Shown one piece after another: positions 59,970 to 64,000 of a stretch of 64,000 nucleotides of DNA. The position numbers and the translations under genes are program-made. The notes beneath the pieces are model-generated. The model searched no databases and had not been told where the DNA came from. It worked only from the letters and a program-made list of their open reading frames with translations. The stretch comes from an uncultured Candidatus Rokubacteria bacterium (lineage in GTDB: Bacteria > Methylomirabilota > Methylomirabilia > Rokubacteriales > DASRDR01), in contig CAWGVS010000005.1 of the NCBI GenBank assembly GCA_963826115.1, positions 1,952,001-2,016,000 on the forward strand. Reading direction: 5' to 3'. Within the stretch, counting starts at the first letter, position 1; the number at the start of each line of letters is the position of its first letter.

Positions 59970-60309
59970 CCCTGGAGCGCCCCGCAGCGAGCTCGCGGAC
60001 GTCGGCGGCGGAGGAGCAGTCCTTCACATGGTCGACCAGTGCGCCGAGCGGGTGGCCCGCGCGCTGCCTTCCGGCGCGCCGGCGGTGAGCCGGCCGAGGA
60101 TGGCCTGACCCCTCGGCGTGTCGAGATCGAGCTCGAAGAGCGTCTCGACCCGACGCGAGGCCGAGCCACTCGAGCCCGGCGATGGTCAGGCGACCGCCCT
60201 TGAAGCCGCCCTTGTCGTGGCTCACCAGGACCTTCTCCCCGCTGTCCAGCACGATTTGGCAGAACGCCCCCGCTTTCGGATCGCTCACGAACCGGCCAAC
60301 CTTGCCCAC
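59966..60309 (-). CDS. hypothetical protein (frameshifted)
   Basis: GGAGG SD then MGKVGRFVSDPKAGAFCQIVLDSGEKV...; the frame breaks mid-gene. Confidence 0.5.
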
Positions 60310-60312
60310 TGG

Positions 60313-60439
60313 TCACCTCCCGGTGCGGATCCGCACCGTCAATTGCGACGAGGCGCCGGAATCCGAGGATCAGCGACAGCGCGACCAGCAGCATGGCCGC
60401 GCCCAGGACGATCCCTTCCCAGCCTTGCGTGATCCGCAT
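60313..60439 (-). CDS. small single-TM protein (probable indel)
   Basis: GAAGGAG SD; MRITQGWEGIVLGAAMLLVALSLILGF. Confidence 0.4.
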
Positions 60440-60524
60440 GTCGACGCTCCTTCGGGCAGATGGATGACAGCGGCGGCCGCGGTCGAAGGCCGCGACGCAT
60501 CGCCGGGAAGGGCCGAGAAGGAAG

Positions 60525-60830
60525 CTAGTGGTCTTCGGGGGAGAAGGCGCCCCGGGAATCCGGGGCGGCGCGCGGCGCACGGCGGGGAGCGGAGGCGGCG
60601 ACACCAACGCGAGCGGCCTCTCGAAGGTCCATCTGGTGGACAGCGCTCGTCGGGAACGCCGCGACGGGGACGCGCAGGGGCCGCAGCTGGCCACGCGGCT
60701 CGCGCCGTCCGATCTCGCGGAACGACCCGGATGGATCCCCCTGTCGAAGCTCACCGCCCCCGGCATCAGGGGGTTGGCGAAGTCGAGGGTCACGTAGAGC
60801 AAGCAGGCGAATCGGCCAGCCCTGCCGCAT
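60525..60830 (-). CDS. small hypothetical protein (LYVTLDFANPLMPGAVSFD...SPEDH), multiple indels
   Basis: Protein-like segments alternate between frames. Confidence 0.4.
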   Translation of the reverse strand: MRQGWPIRLLALRDPRLRQPPDAGGGELRQGDPSGSFREIGRREPRGQLRPLRVPVAAFPTSAVHQMDLREAARVGVAASAPRRAPRAAPDSRGAFSPEDH

Positions 60831-60895
60831 CCCGGACAATCCTAGCACCCGCCCGGCACCGGCGCGGCTGATCAGTCGGAAGACCGCCCGGAAGA

Positions 60896-61501
60896 TCACG
60901 GCGCGGCGGGAAGCCCGAGCGTCGCCCGGAGGTCGGCGGCCAGAGGCACCGAGCGCCTCCGGCTCGTACCGCGCCCGGATCCTGCCGGCCGCGTCGATGA
61001 ACGTCACCGCGCAGCCCGCCTCGACGCGCTCACCCGCCCGCCGAACTTCGATCGCGTAGCGGTGCGTGACGACGTCGACCTGCCCAGCCCGGTCCTCGGT
61101 AAGCAGGATCCACGCGGGTGCCCGGAGGCCGTGAGCCCGCCGAACTCCCGCAGCACGGTCGCCGAGTCACGAGCGGGATCGACCGTCACCAGCACGAAGA
61201 AGACGCGGCGTCCCGGAGCGTCTCCGAGCCGCCGCGCGACATCCGAGAGTCTCGGCACGACATCCGGGCAGGCCCCGCAGGTCGTGCAGCCGAAAGCGAG
61301 GACGACTGCTCGGCCCCGGAGCTGCGTGAGCCAGAGCCGGTCGTTCTGCTGCGTGGTCAGGGCGAAGTTCGGCGCGGAGCTGCCGGGCGCCGGCGGCGGT
61401 GCCGTCGCGGCCTCGCCGGACGCCACTGACGCCCACGCCGCGGCCACCAGCAGGATCGTCAGGCGGATGCGCGAACCGCACGTGATCGCTCGGGGTGCCA
61501 T
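60896..61501 (-). CDS. Sco/SenC-like thioredoxin-fold protein (two frameshifts)
   Basis: APNFALTTQ, LRGRAVVLAFGCTTCGAC, VTVDPARDS, WILLT, TFIDAAGRIR. Confidence 0.75.
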
Positions 61502-61567
61502 CGATTCCTCGGGGATTCGGGCTCAGCATCTCCGCTCGGCATCCGACACGCAAGAGGGCCGTCTTCT

Positions 61568-61596
61568 TTGACAGCGCACGACCCCCCGAGTAGGCT
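61568..61596 (+). promoter_or_regulatory. sigma70-type promoter
   Basis: TTGACA-N17-TAGGCT. Confidence 0.55.
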
Positions 61597-61723
61597 CGGA
61601 CCTGACGGAAACGGCCGCGCGAGACCCTCCCGGTAGCACCATGGCGCTTTCACAGAGTGCTCCGGGGGCGACGCCTGAAGTCTCCCCGGTCTCGAACGAC
61701 TGCCACGTCTCGGAGGACATCGC

Positions 61724-63571
61724 ATGGTGGATGCCAAGGCCGCCGATCAGGCGCTCCAGACCTACGTCCGGCCGCAGACCTTCCCGGTGGCGATCCGGAT
61801 GCTGCGGCCCGGCGAGCCCGTTCCGGAGCGGGCGCGGCGGCCGGCGCGTGATTTCGGCAAACTCTCGATGAACTGCCAGGTCATCGACATGGCCCGGCGC
61901 TACGGCTGGACCATCGCGCTCACCCGCGACGACAGCATCTGCTCCCTCGGCATCACCGCCCTCGGATTCGACCGCCCCACCCACCTGTACAACTCGGGCA
62001 CGCTGTGCGAAGGCATGTACACGGCGACCAAGGAGGCGGGGGCACGCTCGGAGGCGGCCGTCGACAAGTTCCTTCCCGGCGAGTATCACGCGCTTCTGGT
62101 GGGGCCGCTCGATCGGGCGACCTTCGAGCCCGACGTGGTCGTCGTCTACGCGACCCCGGCCCAGGTGATGCGCCTCACCCAGGCCGCCCTCTGGAAGAGC
62201 GGCGGCCGGCTCGCCTCGTCCTTTCAGGGCCGGATCGTCTGCTCCGACATCATCGTGACCACGATGCAGACGGGGCTACCCCAGGTGATCCTCCCCTGCT
62301 CGGGCGACCGGATCTTCGGGCAGACCCAGGACCACGAGATGGCCTTCGCGATCCCGTGGGCGAAGATGCCGGAGATCATCGAGGGGCTCGAGGGCACCCA
62401 CCGGGGCGGCATCCGCTACCCGATCACGCAGTTCATGGAGTACGAGGCCAAGATGCCCCCGAAGTACATGGAGGTGAACCGCCTCTGGGACGCGGAGCGC
62501 GGCAAGGGCGCGTACACGGGCCGCGACCACGTGGTGGCCGCCTACAAGCGAAGCTTCACCGACCGCGTGCCGGTCTACCCGATCGTCGCGTCCTTCGCCG
62601 GCACGCTGGACGGCCTCTCGATCGAGGAGTACTGCACCAACCCGTCGAAGGCCATCAAGGCGATGCTCAACTACTACGACCGCTACCAGCCGGACGTGGT
62701 GCTGGCCTACAACGACCTCGCCAAGGAGGCGGAGGCCACGGGCTGCGGCGTCAAGTACTCGGACTACGTCGTGCCGTCCATCGAGAGCCACATTCTCCAG
62801 GAAGACAAGGGCGCGCTCGCGCGGCTGGAGATCCCCGACCCCCGGAAGGACGGGCGCCTGCCCGGGTTCCTGGAGCTCTGCGAGGGCCTGGTCGCGGCCA
62901 AGTTGCCGACGGCCGTCGGCGCCGTCGCGGTCGGGCCGTGGACCATCGCGATGCTCATGCGGAACCCCGAGGTGATGCTGCTCGACACATTCGAGGACCC
63001 CGAGTTCATCCACGACCTCATGCGGTTCACCACGGAGTACAGCAAGCGCTGGGGGGACGCGATCGTCAAGACGAAGATCGGGCTCTCGTTCTCCGAGCCG
63101 ACCGCGTCGATCAGCCTGATCTCCCCGGACAACTACCGGGAGTTCATCGCGCCGTACCACAAGGAGCTGGTGGAGTACTTCAAGGCGAAGAAGGTCGGCC
63201 TCACGACCCACATCTGCGGGACCACCTACCCGATCTACGAGGACCTGATCGCGTGCGGATTCGCGACCATCTCCTTCGACCTCGACCAGCAGGCCGATCC
63301 CAAGCTCCACGTGGACCAGCTCTCGCGGTTCATGGACGTGGCGCGCGGCCGCGCGGTCGGGATCGGGAACGTCGACGCCACGCTGTTCGAGCGCGCCACC
63401 CGAGCCGAGATCGAGGCTGAGGTCCGCCGATGCGTCGACACCGCCGCCCGCCATTCCGGCTTCATCCTGTCGACCTCCTGCGAGATTCCGCCACGCTCCA
63501 AGCCGGAGATCGTCCAGTGGTTCATGGATGCCACGCGGGAATATGGGCGCTACGAACGCTTCATGAGCTGA
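61724..63571 (+). CDS. DUF169 domain fused to a UroD/MtaA-CmuA family (Zn-methyltransferase-like) domain
   Basis: N-half: NCQ, CSLG, PDVVVVYATPAQVMRL, CSD, PCSGDR. C-half: DRVPVYP, EAEATG, GPWT, SEPTAS, THICG, GNVD, STSCEIP. Confidence 0.85.
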   Translation: MVDAKAADQALQTYVRPQTFPVAIRMLRPGEPVPERARRPARDFGKLSMNCQVIDMARRYGWTIALTRDDSICSLGITALGFDRPTHLYNSGTLCEGMYTATKEAGARSEAAVDKFLPGEYHALLVGPLDRATFEPDVVVVYATPAQVMRLTQAALWKSGGRLASSFQGRIVCSDIIVTTMQTGLPQVILPCSGDRIFGQTQDHEMAFAIPWAKMPEIIEGLEGTHRGGIRYPITQFMEYEAKMPPKYMEVNRLWDAERGKGAYTGRDHVVAAYKRSFTDRVPVYPIVASFAGTLDGLSIEEYCTNPSKAIKAMLNYYDRYQPDVVLAYNDLAKEAEATGCGVKYSDYVVPSIESHILQEDKGALARLEIPDPRKDGRLPGFLELCEGLVAAKLPTAVGAVAVGPWTIAMLMRNPEVMLLDTFEDPEFIHDLMRFTTEYSKRWGDAIVKTKIGLSFSEPTASISLISPDNYREFIAPYHKELVEYFKAKKVGLTTHICGTTYPIYEDLIACGFATISFDLDQQADPKLHVDQLSRFMDVARGRAVGIGNVDATLFERATRAEIEAEVRRCVDTAARHSGFILSTSCEIPPRSKPEIVQWFMDATREYGRYERFMS

Positions 63572-63761
63572 CGCTCCCGATCCTCCTGCTCCTGGTCGGA
63601 ATCAGCGGCGCTGACGCCCAGGACTGGAGCGGAGCGTCGCCGCGGGGAGGGCGCCAGCTCACGCTCGCGGACGGGCATGCGCACCAGGCGGGCTGGCCTG
63701 CCGACGTGGTTGACCTCGGTATCGAGCACACCTAGACCTCACAGCCATGGAGGTACTTCCC

Positions 63762-64000
63762 ATGCGACTCAGATCACCGTTTCTCGCCGCCGTCGTCCTG
63801 ATCGGACTGGCCGCCGCTCCCGCCGTCGCCCAGCAGCACGCGGGCCACGAAAAGCTCGGCCAGGTCAACTTCGCCAATACCTGCAGCCCCGCGGTCCAGG
63901 CGGACCTGAACCGCGCCGTCGCCCTCCTCCACTCGTTCTGGTGGAGCGTCACCGCCAAGGCGTTCAACGAGGTCGCGCAGAAGGACCCATCCTGCGGGAT
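63762..64000 (+). CDS. exported TPR-type protein, truncated by the window end
   Basis: GGAGG SD; signal peptide; LGQVNFANTCSPAVQADLNRAVALLHSFW. Confidence 0.75.
   Translation, partial: MRLRSPFLAAVVLIGLAAAPAVAQQHAGHEKLGQVNFANTCSPAVQADLNRAVALLHSFWWSVTAKAFNEVAQKDPSCG

Noticed and set aside
61580-61700. Moco, SAH, fluoride, glnA or cobalamin riboswitch
   Set aside because: Only scattered partial word matches; core consensus elements are missing
63568-63735. Signal-peptide-like stretch (LPILLLLVGISGADAQ) after the fusion gene
   Set aside because: No credible start or RBS and very short; possibly a remnant
1-64000. CRISPR arrays, tRNA/rRNA, prophage or integrase
   Set aside because: No regularly spaced repeats, RNA gene signatures or mobile-element proteins seen

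Overview
Very GC-rich bacterial chromosomal segment with dense coding. Gene content and style suggest Ca. Rokubacteria/Methylomirabilota, which is inference only. No rRNA, tRNA, CRISPR array, integrase or transposase was seen. Main blocks: (1) an SbnI/SerK-like ParB/Srx protein, a CpoB-like lipoprotein, an OYE-type flavoenzyme, an S9 peptidase, TPR proteins and an acyl-CoA dehydrogenase; (2) three paralogous GT-C glycosyltransferase/discoidin-domain membrane proteins, two in tandem and sharing a 504-bp identical tract; (3) an abm-like aerobic 2-aminobenzoyl/salicylyl-CoA catabolic cluster with a liv-type ABC transporter; (4) hydantoinase/oxoprolinase A/B and housekeeping enzymes; (5) an ActP-type symporter operon next to an SLC5-fused histidine kinase and sigma54 regulator; (6) a trehalose-6-phosphate synthase fused to a membrane sensor plus HAMP; (7) a Sco-like cluster and a DUF169-MtaA/UroD fusion. 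Many genes carry single-indel frameshifts, probably assembly errors. Many starts look leaderless. All calls come from reading motifs by eye; no database searches were run.
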